A stretch of 64,000 bases of DNA, from the NCBI GenBank assembly GCA_036513315.1, contig DATBZF010000031.1:65304-129303 (forward strand), read 5' to 3'. The stretch comes from Roseiarcus sp. Its GTDB lineage: Bacteria; Pseudomonadota; Alphaproteobacteria; Rhizobiales; Beijerinckiaceae. This document shows positions 56,331 through 64,000 of this stretch, piece after piece (positions within the stretch are counted from its first letter, which is position 1; each line of letters begins with the position of its first letter). Position numbers and translations under genes: made by a program. The notes under the pieces are model-generated. The model was given only the letters and a program-made list of their open reading frames with translations. It ran no database searches and was not told the DNA's origin.

Positions 56331-57860
56331 TTACTGCACGATCTCTCCGTGCAGAGCGAGATCGAGCCCGTCGCGTTCGATTTCATCGCTCACGCGCAGA
56401 CCGATCGTCATGTCGATCAGTTTGAGAATGATCAGCGAGACGATCGCGTCATAGACGACGACGGTGCCGACGCCGATCAACTGATTGACGACCTGTCCCG
56501 CATTGCCTTCGATCAGGCCAGGCGTGCCGCCATATTCGTTGATGGCGAAGACGCCGGTCAGGATCGCGCCGATCGCGCCGCCGATGCCGTGGACGCCGAA
56601 GCAATCGAGCGAGTCGTCATAGCCGAAGGCGTGCTTGAGAGACGTCGCGCCGAGATAGCAGCCGACGCCGCAGGCGACGCCGATCGCCATCGACCCGATC
56701 GGGCCGACGAAGCCGGACGCCGGCGTGATCGCGACGAGACCCGCCACCGCGCCTGAGCAGATGCCGACGACGGTCGGCTTGCCGCGATGGATCCATTCGA
56801 CGAACATCCAGGTCAGCGCCGCCACGGCGGTCGCGACCTGCGTGACCGTCATCGCCATACCCGCCTGCACGCCCGCGCTCACCGCCGAACCTGCGTTGAA
56901 CCCGAACCAGCCAACCCACAGAAGAGAGGCGCCGATGAACGTCAGGACCATATTATGGGCCGGACCGCTGTCGCGACGCTTGCCGAGCATGAGGGCGCAC
57001 ATCAAGCCGGCGACGCCCGCGTCGACATGCACCACCGTGCCGCCGGCGAAGTCGAGAACCTTGACCAGCGCCTTGTCATTGGTCGAGTTGAAGATGCCGT
57101 CCGGCCCCCACAGCCAATGGGCGACGGGCGAGTAGACGAAGATCGCCCACAGTCCCATGAACCACAGCATCGCGGAGAACTTCATGCGTTCTGCGAATGC
57201 GCCCGCGATCAGCGCCGGAGTGATGATCGCAAAGGTCATCTGGAAGCACATATAGACGGTCTCGGGGATGGTCGGCGCCAGCGAGTTTGGATTGCCGATG
57301 CCGCCATTGTTGATATCGCTCAACATCCCTTGCAGGAATGCGCGACTGAGACCGCCGACAAATGGCGTGCCGCCTGTGAACGACAGGCTGTAGGTGACGA
57401 TCGCATAGAGGACCGTGATGAGACAGGTGACGGCGAAGCTCGTCATCACTGTGTCGCCGACGTTCTTTTTGCGCACCATGCCGCCATAGAACAACCCAAG
57501 GCCGGGAATGGTCATCATCAGAACGAGAGCCACCGACGTCAGCATCCAGGCGGTGTCGCCGCCGCTCGGCGTGCAATTCGTGAGCACCGCGGGGACAGCG
57601 GCGACGGCGGCGAATTTATCGGTCTCAGCGACAGCCGCGACAGCGCCGGCGCAAGCTGGCGTCGCCGGAGGAGCGGGCTTGGCGGCGGCCGGAGCAGCGG
57701 CCGCGGGAGCAGCGGCAGCGGGAGCCGCGGCGGCCGGAGCAGCGGCGGCGGGGGCGGCCGGCGCGTCGTCAGCCCGCGAGGGGCTTACCCCCGAAAAGCC
57801 GATCAGCGCGGCGATAGCCAGCGCTGGCGCGAGGCCAGTAAAAAACCGAGACAGTTTCAT
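56331..57860 (-). CDS. amtB: Ammonium transporter AmtB with an N-terminal Ala/Pro repeat extension
   Basis: Start at ATG 57860 (MKLSRFFTGL..., GGAG 9 nt upstream). There is a signal peptide, then a (PAAAA)n tract, then canonical Amt motifs (DTAWMLTSVALVLMMTIPGLGLFYGGMVRKKN, DFAGGTVVH, FGFNAGS, GVHGIGGAIGAILTG). Confidence 0.93.
   Translation of the reverse strand: MKLSRFFTGLAPALAIAALIGFSGVSPSRADDAPAAPAAAAPAAAAPAAAAPAAAAPAAAKPAPPATPACAGAVAAVAETDKFAAVAAVPAVLTNCTPSGGDTAWMLTSVALVLMMTIPGLGLFYGGMVRKKNVGDTVMTSFAVTCLITVLYAIVTYSLSFTGGTPFVGGLSRAFLQGMLSDINNGGIGNPNSLAPTIPETVYMCFQMTFAIITPALIAGAFAERMKFSAMLWFMGLWAIFVYSPVAHWLWGPDGIFNSTNDKALVKVLDFAGGTVVHVDAGVAGLMCALMLGKRRDSGPAHNMVLTFIGASLLWVGWFGFNAGSAVSAGVQAGMAMTVTQVATAVAALTWMFVEWIHRGKPTVVGICSGAVAGLVAITPASGFVGPIGSMAIGVACGVGCYLGATSLKHAFGYDDSLDCFGVHGIGGAIGAILTGVFAINEYGGTPGLIEGNAGQVVNQLIGVGTVVVYDAIVSLIILKLIDMTIGLRVSDEIERDGLDLALHGEIVQ
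57666..57764 (-). repeat. In-frame 15-bp tandem repeat encoding (A/P)AAAAP units in amtB
   Basis: The plus strand shows consecutive near-identical 15-mers (GGAGCAGCGGCCGCG / GGAGCAGCGGCAGCG / GGAGCCGCGGCGGCC / GGAGCAGCGGCGGCG). These translate to APAAPAAAAPAAAAPAAAAPAAAAPAAAKPAPP. Confidence 0.8.
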
Positions 57861-57896
57861 TTGAGGGAACTCCAATGGAAATGAGAATGGGTCGCC

Positions 57897-58235
57897 TCAA
57901 AGGGCGTCTGAATCTTTTTCGCCGGTGCGGATGCGGACCGCCGAGTCGATGCCGTAGACGAAAATCTTGCCGTCGCCGATCTGGCCGGTGCGCGCCGCCG
58001 CTGTGATCGCCTCGATCACCTGATCGACAAGATTGGCGTTGACCGCGACTTCGATTTTCAATTTGGGCAGAAAGCTCACGGCATATTCCGCACCCCGATA
58101 AATCTCGGTATGGCCCTTCTGCCTGCCGTAGCCTTTGACCTCGGTCACCGTCAGGCCGTGCACGCCGATAGAGGTGAGCGCGTCACGCACCTCCTCGAGC
58201 TTGAACGGCTTAATGACTGCCATTACTATTTTCAT
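57897..58235 (-). CDS. glnK: Nitrogen regulatory protein P-II (GlnK)
   Basis: Start at ATG 58235: MKIVMAVIKPFKLEEVRDALTSIGVHGLTVTEVKGYGRQKGHTEIYRGAEY...., with T-loop Tyr51 in YRGAEY. It lies immediately upstream of amtB. Confidence 0.95.
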   Translation of the reverse strand: MKIVMAVIKPFKLEEVRDALTSIGVHGLTVTEVKGYGRQKGHTEIYRGAEYAVSFLPKLKIEVAVNANLVDQVIEAITAAARTGQIGDGKIFVYGIDSAVRIRTGEKDSDAL

Positions 58236-58342
58236 GTGCCTCATCCCAGCTTGGCGGGTCCCCGGGGCTCGGCGAACGAACAGCCCCCATCTCCGCGCGG
58301 TGTCGGCTGGGCGCGCAAAGTCGCCCCGCTCAAAGCTTTCTT

Positions 58343-58358
58343 AACAAGCCTCGTGCCA
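58343..58358 (-). promoter_or_regulatory. Sigma54 (-24/-12) promoter candidate for glnK-amtB
   Basis: The minus strand reads TGGCACGAGGCTTGTT, against the consensus TGGCAC-N5-TTGCW (one mismatch, in the -12 element). It is about 108 nt upstream of the glnK start. Confidence 0.45.
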
Positions 58359-58483
58359 AGCGGGTTCCTGCGGAACAACCCAATGAAATGTCAGGATATT
58401 TTTCGGAAAAGGGCGGGGCTGACAGTTTTCATCCGACCAGCCTGCCTGTCATGTTGATTAAAATATAGGCGCCCAGAAACTAG

Positions 58484-59365
58484 TCACGTATTGTCGCGCC
58501 GTCGCCGGATCAACCCTTCCTGGGCGACGCTCGCCACCAGGGCGCCCGAGCGCGAGTAAAGCAGACCGCGCGTAAGGCCGCGCGATCCGCCGCTGTTGGG
58601 ACTATCCTGCGCATAGAGCAACCATTCGTCGGCGCGGCAAGGGCGATGGAACCACAAGGCGTGGTCCAGGCTGGCGACCTGAAACTCGGGGTCCGACACC
58701 GAAAATCCGTGGGCGACAAGCGCGGTGTCGATCAGCGTCATATCCGACAGAAAGGCCAGCGCGGCGCGGTGGATCGCCGGGTCGTCGGGTAGGCGTCCGG
58801 CGATACGGATCCACGAGGATTGCCGGGGCTCTCGCGGCACGCCCCGCGCGCCTGGCGCATAGCGCGACAGATCGATCGGGCGGATCTCGATCGGACGGAT
58901 GCGATCGAAAAAGGCCTGCAGCCGCTGCTGCGCTTTTTCTCCGGCGAAGCGCAGCAGATCGATTGGGTCGGCGAGCGTGTCGGGATCGGGCGCCGAGGGC
59001 ATCGGCAGGGAATGTTCGACGCCTTGTTCCTCGACCTGAAAAGAAGCCGACAGTGAGAAGATCGCTTTGCCGTGCTGGATGGCGTTGACCCGGCGCGTGG
59101 TGAAACTCTTGCCATCGCGGATGCGGTCGACTTCGAAAACGATCGGCGCGAGCGGATCGCCCGGCAACATGAAATAGCCGTGCAGCGAATGGGGCGCGCG
59201 GCCATCGACGGTGCGCGAGGCGGCGACCAGCGCCTGGGCGATCACCTGGCCGCCAAACACCCGCTTCCAGCTATTTTGCGGCGAGTTTCCACGAAATATG
59301 TCGACCTCGATCGTTTCAAGATCGAGACGTGCGACGAGATCGACGGCGGTGGCGAGCATGCTCAT
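58484..59365 (-). CDS. tesB: Acyl-CoA thioesterase II (TesB, double hot-dog)
   Basis: LDLE.IE.DIFRG.SP......VFGGQVIAQAL.AA.RTV....P.HSLH.YF+.PGD...PI...VDR.RDGKSF.TRRV.A.Q.G..IF....SF. The start is probably ATG 59365 or 59359. The track N-terminal extension overlaps the ALDH stop. Confidence 0.85.
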   Translation of the reverse strand: MSMLATAVDLVARLDLETIEVDIFRGNSPQNSWKRVFGGQVIAQALVAASRTVDGRAPHSLHGYFMLPGDPLAPIVFEVDRIRDGKSFTTRRVNAIQHGKAIFSLSASFQVEEQGVEHSLPMPSAPDPDTLADPIDLLRFAGEKAQQRLQAFFDRIRPIEIRPIDLSRYAPGARGVPREPRQSSWIRIAGRLPDDPAIHRAALAFLSDMTLIDTALVAHGFSVSDPEFQVASLDHALWFHRPCRADEWLLYAQDSPNSGGSRGLTRGLLYSRSGALVASVAQEGLIRRRRDNT

Positions 59366-59475
59366 CCTCGGAATGGTTCTTGCGCCAACGTGAGCGTCTA
59401 TCGCGTCCAGCGTCAAGAGCGGGGGAGCGTTGATCGACGAAGCGGCCGCCGCGCAACCGGACGCGGCGCGCCGCG

Positions 59476-61869
59476 TCACTCGCCGTAGGGAACCCAGATA
59501 TTCTTGACCTGCGTCGCCCGCCGCAGGAACTCTCGCCCCTGGGCCTCAGCGGACAGCCAGTCGCGCGCATGGCCGCTATCCGTCCAGGTCGCCTTTAAAT
59601 TGCTGATGGAAGCCGCTTCGACCATTTTGGCGCCCTCCGCCGAGCCGCAATACCACAGCGCATCGACGCCCTCATGCTCGGCCAGCACTTTGGCCAGCCC
59701 ATCCCGCTCGCCCGTCACGATATTGACGACGCCTGCCGGTACGTCGCTGGTGTCGAGCACCTGATAGAGATCGGTCGCGGCGAGCGGATGGATCGGCGAT
59801 GGCGCGACGATCACGCGATTGCCCATCGCGATCGCCGGCATGACCAGCGAGACCAACGCCAGCAGCGGCGCTTCATCGGGGCAAGCGATCCCCATGATTC
59901 CCCAGGGCTCGTTCATCGCCAGCGTGACATGGCGCGAGCGCGTCGCGTGGACGGCGCCGTCATATTTGTCGGCGAAGCCCGCATAGAAAAACGTCCGGCC
60001 AATGGCGGCGTCGACTTCGGCCTGCGCTTTGGCGGCGGAAGCCCCGGTCATCGCGACGAGCCGCGCCGTAAATTCGGCGGCGCGAGCGTTGAGGTTTTCC
60101 GCGAGATAGAACAAGACCTGCGCGCGATTGTGCCCGGTCGCCGCGCCCCACGAAGCCGCTTTGGCGGCCGCTTCAACGGCGTTGCGAATGTCCTTGCGAT
60201 TGCCGAGGCCCGCCTGGCCGATGGAATGACCCCGCGCATTGAGGACGGAATAGGAATAGCCGGCGTCCGGCCGCGCCTGCTTGCCGCCGACATAGATTTT
60301 GGCGGTGCGATCGATGTCGACGGGATCGTCGCTCGCCACCGCGCCATGGCCGGGCAGCGCCGACAGGGCCGCTGCGGACTTTTCTTTGCGTTCAGCTCTG
60401 CCCTTGGGTTTGTGGGTCGCGAGATATTCGCTCAGGCCTTCGCGGCCGCCTTCGCGGCCGAAGCCGCTTTCGCGATAGCCGCCAAAGCCTGCGGCGGCGT
60501 CGAACAGATTGGTCGAATTGATCCAGATGACGCCCGCCTTGATCTGGGCGGCGATTTCGAGCGAGCGGTTGATGTTCTCGGACCAGACTGAGGCGGCGAG
60601 CCCGTAGCGCGTGTTGTTGGCGAGCGCGACGGCCTCGTCCGGCGTGCGAAACGTCATCGCGACCAATACGGGACCGAAGATTTCGACCTCGGCCAGCGTC
60701 GAAGCGGGCTCGACATCGGTCACCAGCGTCGGCGGATAGAAGCAGCCCTGCGTCGCGACGGCGGCCTTCGGCTGCCAGATCGTGGCGCCGTCGCGCGCGC
60801 CTTCGTCGACAAGCCTGGCGATGCGCCGCAACTGGATCGGCGCGACGATGGCGCCGATGTCGGTCGATTTGTCGAGGGGATCGCCGACCCGCAAATGCTC
60901 CATGCGCGCGCGCAATTTGCCATAGAGGCGCTCGGCGATGCCTTCCTGCGCCAGCAGGCGCGAACCGGCGCAACAGACCTGGCCCTGGTTGAACCAGATC
61001 GCGTCGACGATGCCTTCGACCGCGCTGTCGAGATCGGCGTCCTCGAAGACCACGAAAGGCGATTTGCCGCCAAGTTCGAGCGACAGTTTCTTGCCTGTGC
61101 CGGCCGTCGCCTTGCGGATGAGACGGCCGACCTCGGTCGAACCGGTGAAGGCGATCTTGTCGACGCCGGGATGGGCGACCAGAGCCTCGCCCGGCGCGCC
61201 ATCTCCGGTGACGATATTGACGACGCCCGGCGGCAGGCCGGCGTCGCGGCAGATTTCGGCGAAGGCGAGCGCCGTCAGCGGCGTGAATTCGGCGGGCTTG
61301 AGGACGATCGTATTGCCAGCCGCCAGCGCGGGCGCGATCTTCCAGGCGAGCATCAGCAGCGGAAAATTCCAGGGAATGATCTGCCCGCAAACGCCGACCG
61401 GACCCTGCCCCGGAAATTCCGTTTCGATCAATTCGGCCCAGCCGGCGTGATGATAAAAATGGCGCGCGACCAGCGGCACGTCGAGATCGCGCGACTCGCG
61501 GATCGGCTTGCCATTGTCCATCGTCTCGAGCACGGCGAGGAAACGGTCGCGCTTTTGGATATGGCGGGCGAGCGCATAGAGATGGCGGGCGCGGATATGA
61601 CCCGGCGTCGTTGACCATGAGGCGAAGGCCTTCCGCGCCGCCGCGACCGCCGCGTCAATGTCGCCGGCCGTCCCCTGCGTCACCTTGGCGAGCAGCTTGC
61701 CATTGGCGGGATTGGCGACTTCGAAAAGCGCGCCAGGCTTGGTGAATTCGCCGTCGATGAAATGGCCGAAGCCCTGCGCATGCGCCGCCAGCCACGCTGC
61801 GACATGTTCGTTGCTCTCCGGCGAAGGGCCATATTCCATCGTGCGCAGGATGTCCCTGATCTTTCCCAT
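59476..61869 (-). CDS. Aldehyde dehydrogenase with an extra C-terminal partial ALDH (cofactor-binding-like) domain
   Basis: 797 aa. Residues ~30-500 are a full ALDH with the catalytic Glu (LELGGKSP) and Cys (FNQGQVCCAGSR). Residues ~515-797 re-align to only the N-terminal/NAD-binding half of an ALDH (EPWGIMGIACP...PA.AMGN.VIV.PS..., GVVNIVTG) and lack an ELGGK or catalytic Cys motif. Confidence 0.9.
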   Translation of the reverse strand: MGKIRDILRTMEYGPSPESNEHVAAWLAAHAQGFGHFIDGEFTKPGALFEVANPANGKLLAKVTQGTAGDIDAAVAAARKAFASWSTTPGHIRARHLYALARHIQKRDRFLAVLETMDNGKPIRESRDLDVPLVARHFYHHAGWAELIETEFPGQGPVGVCGQIIPWNFPLLMLAWKIAPALAAGNTIVLKPAEFTPLTALAFAEICRDAGLPPGVVNIVTGDGAPGEALVAHPGVDKIAFTGSTEVGRLIRKATAGTGKKLSLELGGKSPFVVFEDADLDSAVEGIVDAIWFNQGQVCCAGSRLLAQEGIAERLYGKLRARMEHLRVGDPLDKSTDIGAIVAPIQLRRIARLVDEGARDGATIWQPKAAVATQGCFYPPTLVTDVEPASTLAEVEIFGPVLVAMTFRTPDEAVALANNTRYGLAASVWSENINRSLEIAAQIKAGVIWINSTNLFDAAAGFGGYRESGFGREGGREGLSEYLATHKPKGRAERKEKSAAALSALPGHGAVASDDPVDIDRTAKIYVGGKQARPDAGYSYSVLNARGHSIGQAGLGNRKDIRNAVEAAAKAASWGAATGHNRAQVLFYLAENLNARAAEFTARLVAMTGASAAKAQAEVDAAIGRTFFYAGFADKYDGAVHATRSRHVTLAMNEPWGIMGIACPDEAPLLALVSLVMPAIAMGNRVIVAPSPIHPLAATDLYQVLDTSDVPAGVVNIVTGERDGLAKVLAEHEGVDALWYCGSAEGAKMVEAASISNLKATWTDSGHARDWLSAEAQGREFLRRATQVKNIWVPYGE

Positions 61870-61878
61870 GGTCTGTCC

Positions 61879-62865
61879 TCACGCCATCGCATGGCGGTAG
61901 CTGGCGGAATAATGGCCGGTCGCGAAATGATCGAGCTGGCGTTCGATGTCGTTGAGCAGGGTGCTGGCGCCGATCCGAAAGAGGTCAGGCTGCAGCCAGC
62001 GGTCGCCGAGTTCTTCCTTCATCAGGAACAGCCAGTTCAGCGCATCCTTGGCGGTGCGCAGGCCGCCGGCCGGCTTGAAGCCGATGTCATGGCCGGTCAG
62101 CGCGCCGTAATCGCGCAAAGCGCGCAGCATGACGAGACTGACCGGCATGGTGGCGTTGACGTCTTCCTTGCCAGTCGAGGTCTTGATAAAATCGGCGCCG
62201 GCCTGCATCGCCACCATGCTGGCGGCATAGACGTTGCGCAATGTCTTCAGATCGCCCGTGCCGAGAATGGCCTTCAGATGCGCCGGGCCGCAGGCCTCGC
62301 GCATCGACTTGACCTCATCGTAAAGCGCGGTCCAGTCGCGATTGAGCACATGCGCGCGGGTGATGACGATGTCGATTTCGCCGGCGCCTTCGCCGACGGC
62401 GTAGGCGATCTCGGCGAGGCGCTGCTTCAGCGGCGTCAGGCCGGCGGGAAAGCCGGTCGCCACCGAAGCGACGGGAATGCCGGAGCCCGCCAGCGCCTTG
62501 ACGGCGGGCGCGACCATGGTCGGATAGACGCAGACCGCGCCGACTTTCGGCGGATCGTCGGCAAGATCGAGCGCATTGACCAATTCATCGCTCAAGGGGC
62601 GGCGCGCCTTGGCGCAAAGCCGGCGCACGCGGCCCGGCGTATCGTCGCCCGCCAGGGTCGTCAGGTCGATGCAGGTGATCGCTTTGACCAGCCAGGCTGC
62701 TTGATATTCCTTCTTGACGGAGCGGCGTGCGGCGAGAGTCGTCGTGCGCCGCTCGACGGCGCTCAAATTGACGCCTACGCCCTCAAACCACGAAGGATCG
62801 AGCGGCGCGCCAGGGTTGCGCTCGATATTGTGACCCGCCGAAGCAGCCCTGCTGCGGTCGTCCAT
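61879..62865 (-). CDS. deoC: Deoxyribose-phosphate aldolase (long, DERA-like form)
   Basis: The start at ATG 62865 has a GAGGAG upstream. It has the Schiff-base lysine motif GADFIKTSTGK, and also IDLTTL..DDT and GEIDIVI. Confidence 0.88.
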   Translation of the reverse strand: MDDRSRAASAGHNIERNPGAPLDPSWFEGVGVNLSAVERRTTTLAARRSVKKEYQAAWLVKAITCIDLTTLAGDDTPGRVRRLCAKARRPLSDELVNALDLADDPPKVGAVCVYPTMVAPAVKALAGSGIPVASVATGFPAGLTPLKQRLAEIAYAVGEGAGEIDIVITRAHVLNRDWTALYDEVKSMREACGPAHLKAILGTGDLKTLRNVYAASMVAMQAGADFIKTSTGKEDVNATMPVSLVMLRALRDYGALTGHDIGFKPAGGLRTAKDALNWLFLMKEELGDRWLQPDLFRIGASTLLNDIERQLDHFATGHYSASYRHAMA

Positions 62866-62882
62866 GGATGAGCTCCTCAACG

Positions 62883-63830
62883 CTACGCTGTCGCGCCCGC
62901 ATGCGCCTTGCAAAAAACTTCGAATTCGGCCTCGGTCGCATAGGCCTTCTGGGTGCCGCGCCGCGTGATCGAATCGGCGGCGTAGCGCACCGCTTTGTTC
63001 AACGCGGCGTCGAGCCCGGCTCCCGCTACATAATAGCGCGCGAAGCTGCCGACAAAGGCGTCGCCCGCGCCGGTTGTGTCGACCGGGGTGACGCTGATCG
63101 GCGCAATACGTTTGACCGCATCGGCCGTCAGCACCATCGCGCCTCGCGATCCCATCGTCACGATGATGGTCTCGATGCCCTTGGCCATCAGGCTGCGCGC
63201 CGCCGTTTCGATCTCGGCCTCGCTGCCGACCGGCAGGCCCGACAGGATCGCCAGCTCCGTCTCGTTCGGCGCCAGGAAAGTGGCGTGACGAATTCGCTCA
63301 GGGTCGAGATCGGCGACGGCCGGGGCCGGATTGAGGAAAGTCTTGACGCCATGGCGTTTGCCAAAGTCGATCGCCGCGTAAACGGTCTCGACCGGGATTT
63401 CGAGTTGCAGCAGGATCAGGTCGCAGGCCTTCAGATCCTCGGCGGCGTTGTCGATATCGGCCGGCGACAGGTCGGCATTCGCGCCTTTGACGATCAGGAT
63501 CGAATTTTCGCCCGAGGGCTCGACCATGATTGGCGCGACGCCGCTGGAGCGGCCTTTGACGCGCGTGACATATTTCGTGTCGACTCCGAAGCCGGCGAGA
63601 TTCTTGATCGTATTGTCGGCGAACATATCGTCGCCGACCTTGGTGACCATCATCACCGACGCGCCGAGCTTGGCGGCGGCGACCGCCTGATTGGCCCCCT
63701 TGCCGCCGTGACCCATTTCAAAACTCGGAGCCTCGACGGTCTCGCCCTTGACCGGCATGCGCGTGACATAGGTGACGAGATCGACCATGTTGCTGCCGAT
63801 CACGGCGATCCGACCCTGTTTCCCGCTCAT
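62883..63830 (-). CDS. PfkB-family sugar kinase (ribokinase/deoxyribokinase-like)
   Basis: 315 aa. IAVIGSNMVDLV......P..GETV......MG.GGKGANQAVAAAKLG and a C-terminal DTTGAGDAFVGSF. ATGA overlap with the upstream gene stop. Confidence 0.9.
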   Translation of the reverse strand: MSGKQGRIAVIGSNMVDLVTYVTRMPVKGETVEAPSFEMGHGGKGANQAVAAAKLGASVMMVTKVGDDMFADNTIKNLAGFGVDTKYVTRVKGRSSGVAPIMVEPSGENSILIVKGANADLSPADIDNAAEDLKACDLILLQLEIPVETVYAAIDFGKRHGVKTFLNPAPAVADLDPERIRHATFLAPNETELAILSGLPVGSEAEIETAARSLMAKGIETIIVTMGSRGAMVLTADAVKRIAPISVTPVDTTGAGDAFVGSFARYYVAGAGLDAALNKAVRYAADSITRRGTQKAYATEAEFEVFCKAHAGATA

Positions 63831-64000
63831 GGGCGTGCGCCTTCGATGCTGTGGGCGGCCGCGGCGGCCCGGGTGGAATCGACATAACCGATATGCGTCG
63901 CAAACGAGGTTTTGGCGCCGCCGGCGAGGCTGCGGACATTGCCTTTGCGCTTCTCAGCGAGATAACCCTCCGGCTCGCAGGTCGCCGGCATCGCGAAGGC
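63827..64000 (-). CDS. C-terminal end of an unidentified upstream gene in the kinase-deoC-ALDH operon (partial)
   Basis: An open minus-strand frame runs from the window edge to the TGA at 63827-63829 (...PATCEPEGYLAEKRKGNVRSLAGGAKTSFATHIGYVDSTRAAAAAHSIEGARP*). It is GC3-rich and its stop overlaps the kinase ATG. I recognise no family from 57 aa. Confidence 0.4.
   Translation of the reverse strand, partial: AFAMPATCEPEGYLAEKRKGNVRSLAGGAKTSFATHIGYVDSTRAAAAAHSIEGARP

Noticed and set aside
57660-57770. Short direct repeats considered as a possible CRISPR-like or minisatellite array.
   Set aside because: The units are 15 bp, contiguous with no spacers, in frame, and inside amtB. This is a coding tandem repeat, not a CRISPR array. 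I saw no cas genes and no repeat-spacer architecture anywhere in the window.

Overview
High-GC alphaproteobacterial chromosome segment; gene content and order look Hyphomicrobiales/Rhizobiales-like. I recognised no rRNA, tRNA, CRISPR array, transposase or integrase. Layout: (1) 1-21 kb is a large flagellar/motility regulon whose order matches, from memory, the Sinorhizobium-type arrangement. It runs motB<-fliH-like<-fliF, then flagellin->, then TPR-glycosyltransferase<-fliP<-fliL<-flgH<-motE<-flgI<-flgA<-flgG<-fliE<-flgC<-flgB, then orf<-flhB<-fliG<-fliN<-fliM<-motA, then flgF->fliI->orf. (2) 21-23.8 kb holds a GGDEF diguanylate cyclase, a C-terminal J-domain protein and a GT-A-like glycosyltransferase. 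(3) 23.8-28.5 kb is a lacI-headed sugar ABC transporter operon. (4) 29.4-35.2 kb holds an MDR oxidoreductase and an RND efflux pair (adaptor plus pump). (5) 35.3-42.8 kb holds a membrane protein, a secreted lipase, metY-tauE, a flavin reductase, a 179-bp MITE-like inverted-repeat element, and a YeiH-family transporter with a small 4-Cys protein. (6) 43-48.6 kb holds an HNH endonuclease, a minimal zincin, a stand-alone cNMP-binding protein, an orphan OmpR-type response regulator and a DUF1800/DUF1501 pair. (7) 48.7-51.6 kb holds a truncated TacT-like GNAT toxin remnant, an MFS transporter and a low-GC islet with an orphan gene. (8) 51.6-59.4 kb is core housekeeping: xthA, lolA, ftsK, amtB, glnK, tesB. 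(9) 59.5-64 kb is a deoxyribose-type catabolic operon (kinase-deoC-ALDH) containing an unusual 797-aa aldehyde dehydrogenase. I did not find a convincing new multi-gene defence or mobile system. The items most worth follow-up are the flagellin plus operon-embedded TPR-GT41 glycosyltransferase, the uncharacterised proteins translationally coupled to flhB and following fliI, the divergent J-domain/GT pair, the MITE-like element, the DUF1800/DUF1501 module, the decayed TA toxin and the ALDH fusion. Most long ORFs in the track that lie antisense to these genes are high-GC artefacts.
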